Assembly (NCBI GenBank): GCA_963205105.1 | Contig: CAUJJW010000274.1 | Span: 2,377-66,376 of the forward strand | Direction of reading: 5' to 3' | Length of the DNA: 64,000 nucleotides | DNA from: Verrucomicrobiota bacterium | GTDB lineage: Bacteria > Verrucomicrobiota > Verrucomicrobiia > Limisphaerales > CAIMTB01 | In this document: positions 1 to 9,853 of the stretch, piece by piece | How positions within the stretch are numbered: position 1 is the first letter of the stretch | How the letters are laid out: each line of letters opens with the position of its first letter | Made by a program: the position numbers and the translations under genes | Notes under the pieces: generated by a model | The model's input: only the letters and a program-made list of their open reading frames with translations | What the model was told of the DNA's origin: nothing | Database searches by the model: none

Positions 1-744
1 GCCGGTCAGTCCAACTCCGCCAATCACGGGGAAGAAAAGCTGAAGCCCGAATCCGGCAAAGTCGTGACCTTCACCGGAACCGAATGGGTGCCGAGTCACG
101 ATCCTCAGCCGGGCGCCAGCGGCGGTGGCGGCAGCTTCATCCCGCCCTTCGGCGATGCCCTCGCCGCCCGATTCCAGGTGCCCGTGGGCATCCTCGCGAT
201 CGGCGTCGGCGCCACCAGCGTGCGCGAATGGCTTCCGCGCGGCACCCGCTTCCCCAACCCGCCCACCTTGACCGGGAATGTCACCCAACTCGCCCCCACC
301 GAATGGGAAAGCAAAGGAACCCTCTTCGACCGGTTCACCCAACGCACCGCCGCACTGGGACCCCAGGGATTCCGGGCCGTGCTCTGGCATCAGGGCGAGT
401 CGGACGCGAATCAGAAGGACACGACCCGAACCCTTTCGGGCGAACTCTACCGCCAGCACATGGAACTGCTGATCCACGAGAGCTCCCGTGCGATGGGTTG
501 GAACCCACCCTGGTTTGTTGCCCTGGTCAGTTACCACACCCCCGACGATGCCGGCTCCCCGGACATCCGCGCGGCTCAGAAGGCTCTCTGGACGTCAGGC
601 GTTGCGTTGGAAGGGCCGGATTCCGACGCCCTGACCGGCGACCTCCGCGACGGTGGAGGTCAGGGGGTGCATTTCAGCGGAAAAGGCCTGCGCGAACATG
701 GCGCGCGTTGGGCGGAGAAAGTGGGGGCGTGGTTGAGTCGCTGA
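1..744 (+). CDS. Sialate O-acetylesterase / SASA (SGNH, CE6-like) domain protein, 5'-truncated by window edge
   Basis: Frame 1 is open from base 1 (AGQSNSANHGEEK...), giving the GQSN catalytic motif. It also has WHQGESD and a C-terminal D..G.H motif (DGGGQGVHF). The ORF track start at 64 is internal. Confidence 0.8.
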   Translation, partial: AGQSNSANHGEEKLKPESGKVVTFTGTEWVPSHDPQPGASGGGGSFIPPFGDALAARFQVPVGILAIGVGATSVREWLPRGTRFPNPPTLTGNVTQLAPTEWESKGTLFDRFTQRTAALGPQGFRAVLWHQGESDANQKDTTRTLSGELYRQHMELLIHESSRAMGWNPPWFVALVSYHTPDDAGSPDIRAAQKALWTSGVALEGPDSDALTGDLRDGGGQGVHFSGKGLREHGARWAEKVGAWLSR

Positions 745-747
745 ACG

Positions 748-1746
748 TCAGGCCCCGCCCGTCTCCTGGGCCAGGGCTCTGGCGGCGCGGCGCCGGACCG
801 CATACCGCTTCACCAGCTCGTCGGCAATCACGCCGATCAGAATCACCGCACCGATGATCGCGAACTCGATGTTGTTCCGGGTGGTGACCAGCGTGATCAT
901 GTTGCGCAGCACCTGCATCAGGGCGGTTCCGATGATCACCCCCAGGATGGTCGCTTCCCCGCCGCGCAGACTGCACCCACCCAGCACGGCGGCGGCAATG
1001 GCGTACAATTCGTAGAAATTCCCGAAATCGACCGGTTGCGCCGAGTTGACGTCGAGCACGAAGAGCAATCCGCCAAAGCCGGCCAGGGTGGAACTGATCA
1101 CATACGCGAGAATGGTCATCCGCTCGGTATTGATGCCGCTGTACCGGGCCGCCTCCTCGTTGCGACCCAACGCCAGCAGGTACCTGCCGTAAATCGTGCG
1201 GTTCAGGAAGATCGCCGCCGCCACCGCGACCACGAAGAGGAACACCCAGGGCGCCGGCAGCGCGAACCCGTCGATGAACGGCAGCTTGATCTGCCCGGTC
1301 GCCAATGTGCGCAGGCTTCGAAACTCCATGCCGAAGCCGACCGTTTGGTCGTTGGTGAACCCGCGCGCGATGCCGCGGTAGAGCAGCAACCCGCACAACG
1401 TGACCACGAACGGCTGAAGCTTGAGCTTCGTGATGAGCAACCCGTGACCCAACCCGATGCCCGCCGACACTCCCATGACCGCAATCACGGCCGCTGGTAC
1501 CGACCACCCGTGCTTGGTCAGAAGCCAGGGCAGACCGCACCCCACCAGACAGACCACCGATCCAATGGAAAGATCGATGCCGCCGGTCACGATGACGAAC
1601 GTCACCCCGACGCTGATGATGCCGAACAACGCGGTGCGGCGGACGAGGTTCTCCAGGTTGTAGCCGCTCAGGAAACTGTCGCTGGCCATCGCGGTGACCA
1701 TGCAGACGACCGCCAGGAGGATGGAGATGCCAAGAATCTTCTTCAT
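748..1746 (-). CDS. Sugar (ribose/xylose-type) ABC transporter permease
   Basis: Very hydrophobic, with GGIDLSIGS and YELYAIAAAVLGGCSLRGG motifs typical of RbsC-type permeases. ATG at 1746 lies just after the ATPase stop. Confidence 0.9.
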   Translation of the reverse strand: MKKILGISILLAVVCMVTAMASDSFLSGYNLENLVRRTALFGIISVGVTFVIVTGGIDLSIGSVVCLVGCGLPWLLTKHGWSVPAAVIAVMGVSAGIGLGHGLLITKLKLQPFVVTLCGLLLYRGIARGFTNDQTVGFGMEFRSLRTLATGQIKLPFIDGFALPAPWVFLFVVAVAAAIFLNRTIYGRYLLALGRNEEAARYSGINTERMTILAYVISSTLAGFGGLLFVLDVNSAQPVDFGNFYELYAIAAAVLGGCSLRGGEATILGVIIGTALMQVLRNMITLVTTRNNIEFAIIGAVILIGVIADELVKRYAVRRRAARALAQETGGA

Positions 1747-1750
1747 GGGT

Positions 1751-3253
1751 TTACGCCGCCAAACGTTCACTGCCGGTGGCGAGGTGCATCACCGCCTCCT
1801 CGCTCAAGGCGCCCCGGGCCAATTCACCGGCCAACCGTCCTTCATGCAGGACCAAGGCCCGGTCGGACATGCCGAGGATCTCTTCCATTTCACTGGAGAC
1901 AAACAGGATGGCCACTCCCTGGTCGGCCAGTTCCTCCATCAACCGGTAAATCTCCTGCTTGGCCCCGATATCCACACCCCGGGTCGGCTCATCCAGCAAC
2001 AAGACCTTGGGCTTCAGAGCCAGCCACTTTCCCAGGACCACCTTCTGCTGGTTGCCACCGGACAGGAACTGAACCACCTGCCGGTCATGCGGGGTCTTGA
2101 TGCGCAACGCCGCCACCATGTCCGCACTCAACCGGGCCATGCCGGTCGGACTGAGGAACCCAAAGCGCTGGTCCCGTCGCAGACGCGCCAGACACAGGTT
2201 CTCCCGCACCGCCATCTCCAGGATCACCCCCTGCTTCTTCCGGTCCTCGGGCACCAACGCCAATCCGGCCGCGATTGCCTCCTTCGGCGACCGGGGTGCC
2301 AGGGCACAACCGCCAATCCGCATCACGCCACCCACCGCTGGCAGCACGCCAAACAGCGCCTCCAGCAATTCGGTGCGCCCGGCCCCCACCAACCCGGCGA
2401 CTCCCACGATTTCCCCCGCGCGCACTTCGAAACTCAGCGCATGCCGCGGGTGGGCCCGGGTCTGCAACCGTTCGACCTTCAAAACCACCTCGCCCGGCTT
2501 CCGTGGCACGTGCGGGTAAAACTGAGAAAGATCCCGACCCACCATCAGCTTCACCATCCGGGAATGATCAATCTCGGTCTTCTCCAGGTTCCCCGCGTTC
2601 TCACCGTCGCGCAGCACCGTCACCCGATCCGCCAACGCCCTCACTTCACCCAATCGATGAGACACATAAACTAGGCTCACCCCCCGGGATCGCAGATCCC
2701 GGATCACCTTGAACAGATTTTCCGCCTCGTGACTGGAGAGGCTTGAGGTCGGCTCGTCCATGATCAGAACCCGGGCGTTCACCGACAACGCCTTGGCGAT
2801 CTCGACCAACTGCTGATGACCGATGGTCAGGGTGCTCACCAGGGTCGCCGGATCCACCACCAGTCCCACCGCCTCCAGAAACTGCCGCGCTTCCCGCCGC
2901 ATCCGCGCCGTGTCAATCAACCCGCCCTTGAGCGGTTCGCGCCCCAGGAAGATGTTGGCGGCCACGTCCAGGTTGTCCGCCAGGTTCAGTTCCTGGTGAA
3001 TCAGGGCGATGCCCGCCCGCAGGGAATCGTGGACATTCCGAAGTTCAACCGTAGTCCCATCCAGGGCGATCTCCCCGGAATCCGGGCGCTGCACCCCCGC
3101 GAGAATCTTCATCAGGGTGCTCTTGCCCGCCCCGTTCTCGCCGATCACCGCCAGGAGTTCACCCCGCCCCAGCGAGAGACTCACGCCCTTCAGGGCGCGG
3201 ACCCCGGGGAAGGACTTGATCAGCTTCCGAACCTCCAGCAGCGGCGCGGTCAT
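1751..3253 (-). CDS. Sugar ABC transporter ATP-binding protein (two ABC domains, RbsA/MglA type)
   Basis: Walker [18 protein letters not shown]-type Walker B (VLIMDEPT), second domain [15 protein letters not shown] and [10 protein letters not shown]. Start taken at MTAPLLEV (ATG 3253). Confidence 0.92.
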   Translation of the reverse strand: MTAPLLEVRKLIKSFPGVRALKGVSLSLGRGELLAVIGENGAGKSTLMKILAGVQRPDSGEIALDGTTVELRNVHDSLRAGIALIHQELNLADNLDVAANIFLGREPLKGGLIDTARMRREARQFLEAVGLVVDPATLVSTLTIGHQQLVEIAKALSVNARVLIMDEPTSSLSSHEAENLFKVIRDLRSRGVSLVYVSHRLGEVRALADRVTVLRDGENAGNLEKTEIDHSRMVKLMVGRDLSQFYPHVPRKPGEVVLKVERLQTRAHPRHALSFEVRAGEIVGVAGLVGAGRTELLEALFGVLPAVGGVMRIGGCALAPRSPKEAIAAGLALVPEDRKKQGVILEMAVRENLCLARLRRDQRFGFLSPTGMARLSADMVAALRIKTPHDRQVVQFLSGGNQQKVVLGKWLALKPKVLLLDEPTRGVDIGAKQEIYRLMEELADQGVAILFVSSEMEEILGMSDRALVLHEGRLAGELARGALSEEAVMHLATGSERLAA

Positions 3254-3270
3254 GTCGACGCACGCCCCCG

Positions 3271-4320
3271 TTAGTTCGCCGGCACAACCTTGGCCTTCAG
3301 ATCCGCCCAGAACTCGTCGACGTTGTCCTTGCGAATCTGGCGAGCGGGGATGTCCATGAACTTCGAGGGCGGGATCACTCCCATGTTGCCCCTGGCGAGT
3401 TCCGCCAGAATCTCCACCGACTTGTAGCCGTACATGTAGGGGTTCTGGACCACCGTTCCGTGGACCGCACCACTTTTGACGCCAGCCAGCGTCGCGTCGT
3501 CCTCGTCGAAAGCCACGCACTTCACCACTCCAAGCTTGTTGGCTTGCCCCAGAGCCTCCAGCAGCAGCGGCGGGTTGTACGCAAACATCCCCACCATGCA
3601 GCCGATGTCGGGGAACTTCGCCAGGGTGTCCTCCGCGTTGGCCTTGCCCTTGGCCCGGTCGAACTGGTCGGTCAGCGTGCCCACGATCTTGAATCCGTTC
3701 GCACTCACCACGTCCGAGGGAGGATCGAACCGGGTCGGGTCTTCGGTGCGCCCCAGGATCGCGTCGATCACCCCCTGGCGGCGCCGTTTGGCGTTGTCCT
3801 GTTCCAACCGACCAATGAACAGCATCACCGAACCGCCCTTCGGCATGGATTCACGCACCAATTCGCCGCACAGCCGCCCCGCCTTGTAGTTGTCCATGCC
3901 AATGTACAACAAGCGGTCGCTTTCAGGCGCGTCGGAGTCGTGCGTGATCAGTTTTGTCCGCTTCGCCGCCTCGTTCAGGATGTCCCGCTGGTTGGCCGGA
4001 TCGATCGGACTCACGGCGATGCCATCGATGCCGCGGGTCAGCAGATCCTCGATCATCCGCTTCTGGTCGCTGATGCCTTCCACCGGCATGAGGGTCGAGG
4101 CGTCGACATCGTACTTCTCGCCAGCCGCCTTCACCCCGGCGGCGGCGATGGTCCAGAACGAGGCCACGCCGTTGGTCACGAAGGCCACCCGCTTGCGCTT
4201 GCCGGCCGCGGGAGCAGCGGCTGAATCGGCGGGCCCATTGGACGGTTTGCAACCCGGCAACAGGGCGGCAGCGATGGGCAGGGGCAGGGAAGCCAGGAAT
4301 TCGCGCTTGGTGAGTTTCAT
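3271..4320 (-). CDS. Sugar ABC transporter substrate-binding lipoprotein (type I periplasmic binding fold)
   Basis: N-terminal TKREFL (Tat-like) plus lipobox LLPGC. It has RbsB-like segments ([27 protein letters not shown]) and sits in the ABC operon. Confidence 0.88.
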   Translation of the reverse strand: MKLTKREFLASLPLPIAAALLPGCKPSNGPADSAAAPAAGKRKRVAFVTNGVASFWTIAAAGVKAAGEKYDVDASTLMPVEGISDQKRMIEDLLTRGIDGIAVSPIDPANQRDILNEAAKRTKLITHDSDAPESDRLLYIGMDNYKAGRLCGELVRESMPKGGSVMLFIGRLEQDNAKRRRQGVIDAILGRTEDPTRFDPPSDVVSANGFKIVGTLTDQFDRAKGKANAEDTLAKFPDIGCMVGMFAYNPPLLLEALGQANKLGVVKCVAFDEDDATLAGVKSGAVHGTVVQNPYMYGYKSVEILAELARGNMGVIPPSKFMDIPARQIRKDNVDEFWADLKAKVVPAN

Positions 4321-4388
4321 GATGCGAAAAGGATTCGGGTTGCAGGGACTTCGGAAAGGGATTTGGGGTCGGATCGGTGAACCTCAAC

Positions 4389-5162
4389 TCAATGAACAGT
4401 CATGCCGCCGTTCACATGAAGGTTCTGCGCGGTGACAAACGAGGAGGCGTTGCTCGCCAGAAACACAATCGCTCCGCTCAGGTCGTCCGGAATACCCCAG
4501 CGCCCTGCCGGAATCAGCGCCCGATAGCCTTCCTTCACGTCCGCGGGATCGTTCTCGTGCCGTTCCACCGGAATCCAACCCGGCGCAATCATGTTCACCG
4601 TGATGCCCCACGGGGCAACTTCGGTCGCCAATCCCCGGTTGAAACCATTCTGCGCTCCCTTGGCGGCGATGTAGGCCGTGAAGTTGGGCACCCCGCGCGC
4701 GACCACCTCCGAACCGATGTTGATGATCCGACCCCAACGCTGCGCCTTCATGTGCGGCAGGCAGGCACGGCTCAGCAGGTAGGGGCTCTTGACGAAGAAA
4801 TCCAGCATCTGCTGGTAGAAGGCCCAGTCGTACTCCTCGATAGGCTTCAGCGGCTGCGCCGGCGTCGCATTCAACACCAGGATGTCCACCGCACCGATCC
4901 CCTGCGTCACCTCCCCCACGATCCGGTCCACTTCCACCGGGTCGGTGACATCGCCCCGTACCAGCATCCCGTCACAACCGGCTGCGCGGAAGTCCGCGAG
5001 CGCCTTCTCAGCGCGTCCCACGTTGTTCTGGTAGTTCAGGGCCACTTTCGCCCCAGCCCGCCCCAGCGCCACCGCCATGCTGCGCCCCAAACCCGTGGTG
5101 CTGCCTGTCACCAAGGCCACCCGGCCCGCCAGGGAAAAGCTTTCAAGTGAGGCGTTCGGCAT
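4389..5162 (-). CDS. Short-chain dehydrogenase/reductase (SDR)
   Basis: TGSTTGLG Rossmann motif, YIAAK catalytic YxxxK and VNMIAPG. Start taken at MPNASLE. Confidence 0.9.
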   Translation of the reverse strand: MPNASLESFSLAGRVALVTGSTTGLGRSMAVALGRAGAKVALNYQNNVGRAEKALADFRAAGCDGMLVRGDVTDPVEVDRIVGEVTQGIGAVDILVLNATPAQPLKPIEEYDWAFYQQMLDFFVKSPYLLSRACLPHMKAQRWGRIINIGSEVVARGVPNFTAYIAAKGAQNGFNRGLATEVAPWGITVNMIAPGWIPVERHENDPADVKEGYRALIPAGRWGIPDDLSGAIVFLASNASSFVTAQNLHVNGGMTVH

Positions 5163-5265
5163 GGATCGGCAGTCGGTTCGTGTCGCGGTCAAGGGTGAAC
5201 ACCGCGGAACCTAGACAAGCCGATAGCGCACGACAATGCCGCAGCGCGAAAAGCTCCACCTTCCA

Positions 5266-5292
5266 GAAGACCTTGAAGACCAAGAAGAACTA
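5266..5292. repeat. Three tandem degenerate 9-mers (GAAGACCTT GAAGACCAA GAAGAACTA)
   Basis: Read directly from the sequence. The run abuts the left end of the MITE-like element. Confidence 0.6.
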
Positions 5293-5495
5293 AGCGGAAC
5301 GATTCAGATGAGATCCATGGAGTTCACGCAAAGACGCTGAGACGCCAAGAAATGGGACGAACAAGATGAGCCGGGAGCACTCCGACACCCACACCTTTTG
5401 GTTCGCGATTCCTTCTGGGCGCGAGCCGCTTTCTCGGCCGCTCCGCCTTTGAGTCTTCGCGTCTTGGCGTGAGATGCAAAGGAAGCGTTCCGCTA
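5291..5495. mobile_element. MITE-like / ERIC-like non-autonomous element, copy 1 (~205 bp)
   Basis: Imperfect terminal inverted repeats (TAAGCGGAACGATTCAG ... GCGTTCCGCTA) and inner inverted 8-mer arrays (CACGCAAAGACGC ... GCGTCTTGGCGTGAG). A 42-bp core matches 48781-48822 at 40/42 positions. Confidence 0.7.
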
Positions 5496-8400
5496 CGCCC
5501 CCGCCGGGGCCGGCATCGGGGGCGCCATGTGCGGCGCCTCCGTGGTGGCCTGGCGCCGACTCGTCAGCAGCACATACATCGCCGGAATCACGAACAGCGT
5601 CAGCGCCCCCCCGAACACCAGCCCACCAATCACCGCGATGCCCATGGATACCCGGCTCTCCGAGCCCGCCCCCAGCGCCAAAGCAATCGGCAGAATCCCA
5701 AGAATCGTCGCCAGGGTGGTCATCAGGATCGGACGCAACCGAGCCGTCGCCGCTTCCTGAACCGCCGCCAGGGCGCTGCCCACACCCGCTTCACGCCGTT
5801 GATTGGCGAATTCGACGATGAGAATGCCGTTCTTGGTCACCAAACCGATCAGCATGATTAACCCGATCTGCGAAAAGACATTCAGGGTCTGCCCAAACCA
5901 CGACAACGCCCACAGCGCCCCCGCCAGGGCCAGCGGCACGGTCAGCAGAATCACCAAGGGGTCCATGAAGCTCTCGAACTGCGCCGCCAGCACCAGGTAG
6001 ATCAACACCAGCGCCAGCAGAAAGACGTACCCCAGGGAGGATGAACTCTCGACGAAGTCCAGCGCCGCACCCGTCAGCGACGTGGTGAACCGATCGTCCA
6101 GGGTGGTCTTGGCCACTTCGCGCAACGCCGTAATCCCGTCTCCCATCGTCTTACCCCGCGCCAGTGTCCCCGAGATCGTCGCGGAACTGTAGCGGTTGTA
6201 CCGGTAGAGTTCCGGAGGCGAACTGCTCTCGGACATCGTCACCAGGTTGTCGAGCTGCACCATCTCACCCCCCGCCGCCGGCACCGCGATCCCGGTCAAA
6301 TCACCCGGCCTCGACCGGAATTGCCGGGTCAACTGACCGATCACGTCGTACTGCTTGTCGTGAAGAATGAAGTACCCGAACCGTTGCCCGCTCAGGGATG
6401 CCTGAAGGGTCTGGGCAATGTCCAACGCGGTCACGCCGAGCGTCTGTGCCTTGTCCCGATCCAGCGAAACGCGAACCTCCGGCTTGCTGAATTTCAGGTC
6501 GCTGTCCACGAAGCTGAACGCAGGGCTCTTCCTCGCCTCTTCCAGGAATTTGGGAAGAACTTCCTGCAGGGTGCTGAGGTCGGGCGCCTGAATCACGAAC
6601 TGCACACCGCTCTGACCCGAACGTCGTTCACCAATGCTCGCCTCCTGCGTCACATTGACCCGCGCACCGGTCAGTTCGCGCTGAAGACTCTGCAAGTCCG
6701 CAGCGATCTCCTGCTGGGTCCGGTCCCGCAGCTGTTTGTCGGGCAGAAACACACGCACAAAACCTGAGTTGATCGCCCCCTGCACCCCCTGCGCACCTCC
6801 CGATCCCGGCACCTGGGTCATCATCAGCCTTGCTTCCGGCACTCGGTCCGCCGCCGCCTTCGCCAGGTCATCGATGAAGTTCTGCATGTAATCGTAACTC
6901 ACCCCCTCGGCGGCCGTCGCCCTCAGCCACAATCGCGCCCGATCCTCCAGCGGTGACAGTTCTCGTGGCAGTTGACCCAGAAAGAACTGAATCGCGACAG
7001 CTGCCACCGCCAAAACCCCCACCGCCAGCCATCGCATCCGCAGAAAGTTCGCCAACCCCCTCGCATACCCGGATTCCATCCCGGCAAAGAACGGCTCCGT
7101 CTTCCGGAAGAGCCAGCCCTGCCCCGCATGGGCCTTCAGCATGCGAGAACTCAGCATCGGCGTCAGCGTCAGCGCCACCACCGCCGAGATCAGCACCGCC
7201 CCCGCAATGGTCACCCCGAATTCCCGGAACAACCGGCCCGACAACCCGCCCATGAACAACAACGGCAGAAACACCACCGCCAGCGTGATGGTCGTCGACA
7301 CCACCGCCGTGAAAATCTCCTTGGTGCCTTCGATGCCCGCCGTCATGGGGGCCATCCCGCCTTCCACCTTCTTGTAGATGTTCTCCAGCACGACGATCGC
7401 GTCATCCACCACCAGTCCGATCGCCAGCACGATCCCCAACAGGGTCAGTGTGTTGCTCGAGAACCCGGCCGCCGCCATGATCGCGAACGTCCCCACAATC
7501 GACACCGGAATCGCGATCACCGGAATCAACGTGGTCCGCCATTCACGCAGGAAGGCAAACACCACCAGCACCACCAGGCCGAAGGCGATGAAGATCGTTT
7601 CTGTCACCTCCAGGAGTGAGCGACGCACATAGGCCGTGTTGTCATAAGCCACTTCCAGGGAAATGTCCGCCGGCAGTTCCTGCCGGATTCGGTCCAGCCG
7701 CCGCATGATTTCGTCGACGATCTCAATCTGGTTCGCGCCCGGTTGCGGCCGGAAATACAGGCCCGCAATCGGACGTCCGTCCACCTTGAGAGCTCCACGT
7801 TCATTCTGCGGACCAAGCTCCGCGTAACCCACGTCCCGGAAGCGCACGATCCGATCGCCCTCCCGCTTCACAATCATCGCGTTGAAATCGGACGGCGTGT
7901 TCAGCCGCGACATCGTCTTCACCGGAAGTTCCACCGACTCACCCTCGATCCGGCCCGAAGGAAGCTCGATGTTCTCCCGCGCCAACGCCCGACGCACATC
8001 CATCGGCGACAGCCCATAGGCCGACAGTTTCTCCGGGTCCATCCACAGCCGCATCGCGTAGCGCTTTTCCGCCGGCTGATCCACCGACGCGATCCCTGGA
8101 ACGGTCTGGAGGCGTTCCCGCAACGAGTCGGCGAATGCCGACAATTCCAATTGGGGACGGCGCTCACTGCGCAAAGCGAGACCCAGAATCGGGCTCGAAT
8201 CCGCGAAGGCTTTGTTGAGCACGGGAGGATTGGAGTCCGGCGGAAGATTCCGGACCGCCCGGCTCAATTGGTCGCGGACATCACTGGCGGCGGTGTCCAG
8301 GTCGGTATCGAGGGTGAACTCGACGGTGATCTGGCTCACGCCCTCGCGGCTGGTGGAGGTGAGAGTGCGAATGCCGGCGACGGTGTTCACCGCCTCCTCA

Positions 8401-8600
8401 ATGGGTTCGGTGATCTGCGCCTGAACCACTTCCGCCGCCGCTCCCGGATAGGTCGTGGCGATGGAAATGGTCGGTGGATCCACCGCCGGATATTCCCGCA
8501 CGCCCAACCGCGACAGGGACAACGCCCCGAAGATCGTGATCAGGAGAGAGATCACCACGGTCAGGACCGGCCGCCGTACACTCGTTTCAGCAAGGCTCAT
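5493..8600 (-). CDS. RND efflux transporter permease subunit (AcrB/AcrD/AcrF family)
   Basis: About 1035 aa. Starts SVRRPVLTVV and has GVREYP, proton-relay GLVVDDAIVVLEN, TKNGILIVEFA and RLRPILMTT. Start taken at MSLAETS. Confidence 0.95.
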   Translation of the reverse strand: MSLAETSVRRPVLTVVISLLITIFGALSLSRLGVREYPAVDPPTISIATTYPGAAAEVVQAQITEPIEEAVNTVAGIRTLTSTSREGVSQITVEFTLDTDLDTAASDVRDQLSRAVRNLPPDSNPPVLNKAFADSSPILGLALRSERRPQLELSAFADSLRERLQTVPGIASVDQPAEKRYAMRLWMDPEKLSAYGLSPMDVRRALARENIELPSGRIEGESVELPVKTMSRLNTPSDFNAMIVKREGDRIVRFRDVGYAELGPQNERGALKVDGRPIAGLYFRPQPGANQIEIVDEIMRRLDRIRQELPADISLEVAYDNTAYVRRSLLEVTETIFIAFGLVVLVVFAFLREWRTTLIPVIAIPVSIVGTFAIMAAAGFSSNTLTLLGIVLAIGLVVDDAIVVLENIYKKVEGGMAPMTAGIEGTKEIFTAVVSTTITLAVVFLPLLFMGGLSGRLFREFGVTIAGAVLISAVVALTLTPMLSSRMLKAHAGQGWLFRKTEPFFAGMESGYARGLANFLRMRWLAVGVLAVAAVAIQFFLGQLPRELSPLEDRARLWLRATAAEGVSYDYMQNFIDDLAKAAADRVPEARLMMTQVPGSGGAQGVQGAINSGFVRVFLPDKQLRDRTQQEIAADLQSLQRELTGARVNVTQEASIGERRSGQSGVQFVIQAPDLSTLQEVLPKFLEEARKSPAFSFVDSDLKFSKPEVRVSLDRDKAQTLGVTALDIAQTLQASLSGQRFGYFILHDKQYDVIGQLTRQFRSRPGDLTGIAVPAAGGEMVQLDNLVTMSESSSPPELYRYNRYSSATISGTLARGKTMGDGITALREVAKTTLDDRFTTSLTGAALDFVESSSSLGYVFLLALVLIYLVLAAQFESFMDPLVILLTVPLALAGALWALSWFGQTLNVFSQIGLIMLIGLVTKNGILIVEFANQRREAGVGSALAAVQEAATARLRPILMTTLATILGILPIALALGAGSESRVSMGIAVIGGLVFGGALTLFVIPAMYVLLTSRRQATTEAPHMAPPMPAPAGA

Positions 8601-8622
8601 GGGTTCGGTTGGTTGACCCGGT

Positions 8623-9819
8623 TCAGCGCAACGTAGTACCCGCCCCATCGGCGGCCCCCCCGCCGGGCGCGGTTCCACCACTTCCCACCGCAGCGACAGG
8701 CGGACTTTCACGCCCCTTTTCCCGGGCCATGCCGCTCGAATCGTCTCTTCCCACGGTGGTGAACACCGGCTCCACCGCCAACCCGACCCGCATCTGCTGC
8801 AATCCCGAGGTGATCACCACATCGCCGACTTTCAGCCCCGAAAGCACCTGAACCATCGTCTCCGTCCGCGTTCCGGTCTCCACCACCCGCCGCACCACCT
8901 TGCCTTCGGAGGCCACGAACACGTTGCGGTCGGTCACCCCCGGAACCACTGCCACCGACGGCACCAGGATCGCCTCCTCCAGCCGGGAGAGCGTGATCTC
9001 CACGCTCGCGAAAGTCCCCGGCAACAACCGACCCTCCGGGTTCGGACAAATCGCGCGGACCAGAAGGGTTCGGGTGCTGGCATCAATGCGGGGATCGGTC
9101 GCCTGAACCTGACCGGTGAACTTGCGTTCGCCCCCGGCCACCGTGAAGGCCACCGGACTGCCCACTCCCACCTTGCCCGCATAGCGCTCGGGCACCGAGA
9201 AATCGACCTTCAGATGATCCAAACGCTGCAAGGTGGCGATCCGTGTCGAAGCGTTCACGAAGGCGCCCTCACTGACAAAGCGAAGCCCGACGACCCCGTC
9301 AAATGGGGCCCGTATCTCGGTCTTGCCGATCTGGGCCTGCATCAACTCGATCTCGGCCTCCTGGACCGCCACCTCGTTCAGAACGGCATCGTATTCGTCC
9401 TGGTTCGCGATGCCGTCCTTGAAGAGTTGCTCGATCCGCACCTCCCGCCGTTTGGCCAGTTCACGCCGGCTTGTCGCCCGGGCGAGGGTCGCCTTGAGGT
9501 CGGCATCGTTCAGTTTGACCAGGAGATCGCCTTTTTTGACACGGCTCCCTTCGGTAAAGGGAATGGCAACGATCTTGCCATTGATCTCGGCCTGCAATTC
9601 CACGCCTTCCTCAGCCCGCAATGTGCCCGTGGAGACCACCGTCTCTAGGAACGGCTCGGGGGCAACCACCACCGCCGACACCTTCAATGGCGCGACGGGT
9701 TTGGTGGAACCCCCTCCACCCTTGGCCGCAGCCGCCGGTTTGGATCGGCTCTGCGACAGCCACCAGCCGCCGCCAGCCAGGATTCCCAGGATCACCACCC
9801 ACTTGACGATGTACTTCAT
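8623..9819 (-). CDS. RND efflux periplasmic adaptor (membrane fusion protein)
   Basis: N-terminal TM, lipoyl-like G.IV.I.F.EG..VKKGDLLVKL, TEIRAPFDGVVG and DPRIDASTRT. Adjacent to the RND gene. Confidence 0.93.
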   Translation of the reverse strand: MKYIVKWVVILGILAGGGWWLSQSRSKPAAAAKGGGGSTKPVAPLKVSAVVVAPEPFLETVVSTGTLRAEEGVELQAEINGKIVAIPFTEGSRVKKGDLLVKLNDADLKATLARATSRRELAKRREVRIEQLFKDGIANQDEYDAVLNEVAVQEAEIELMQAQIGKTEIRAPFDGVVGLRFVSEGAFVNASTRIATLQRLDHLKVDFSVPERYAGKVGVGSPVAFTVAGGERKFTGQVQATDPRIDASTRTLLVRAICPNPEGRLLPGTFASVEITLSRLEEAILVPSVAVVPGVTDRNVFVASEGKVVRRVVETGTRTETMVQVLSGLKVGDVVITSGLQQMRVGLAVEPVFTTVGRDDSSGMAREKGRESPPVAAVGSGGTAPGGGAADGAGTTLR

Positions 9820-9853
9820 TCGAGGATGCGAAGGTCTTCCGATAAATGTTGGA

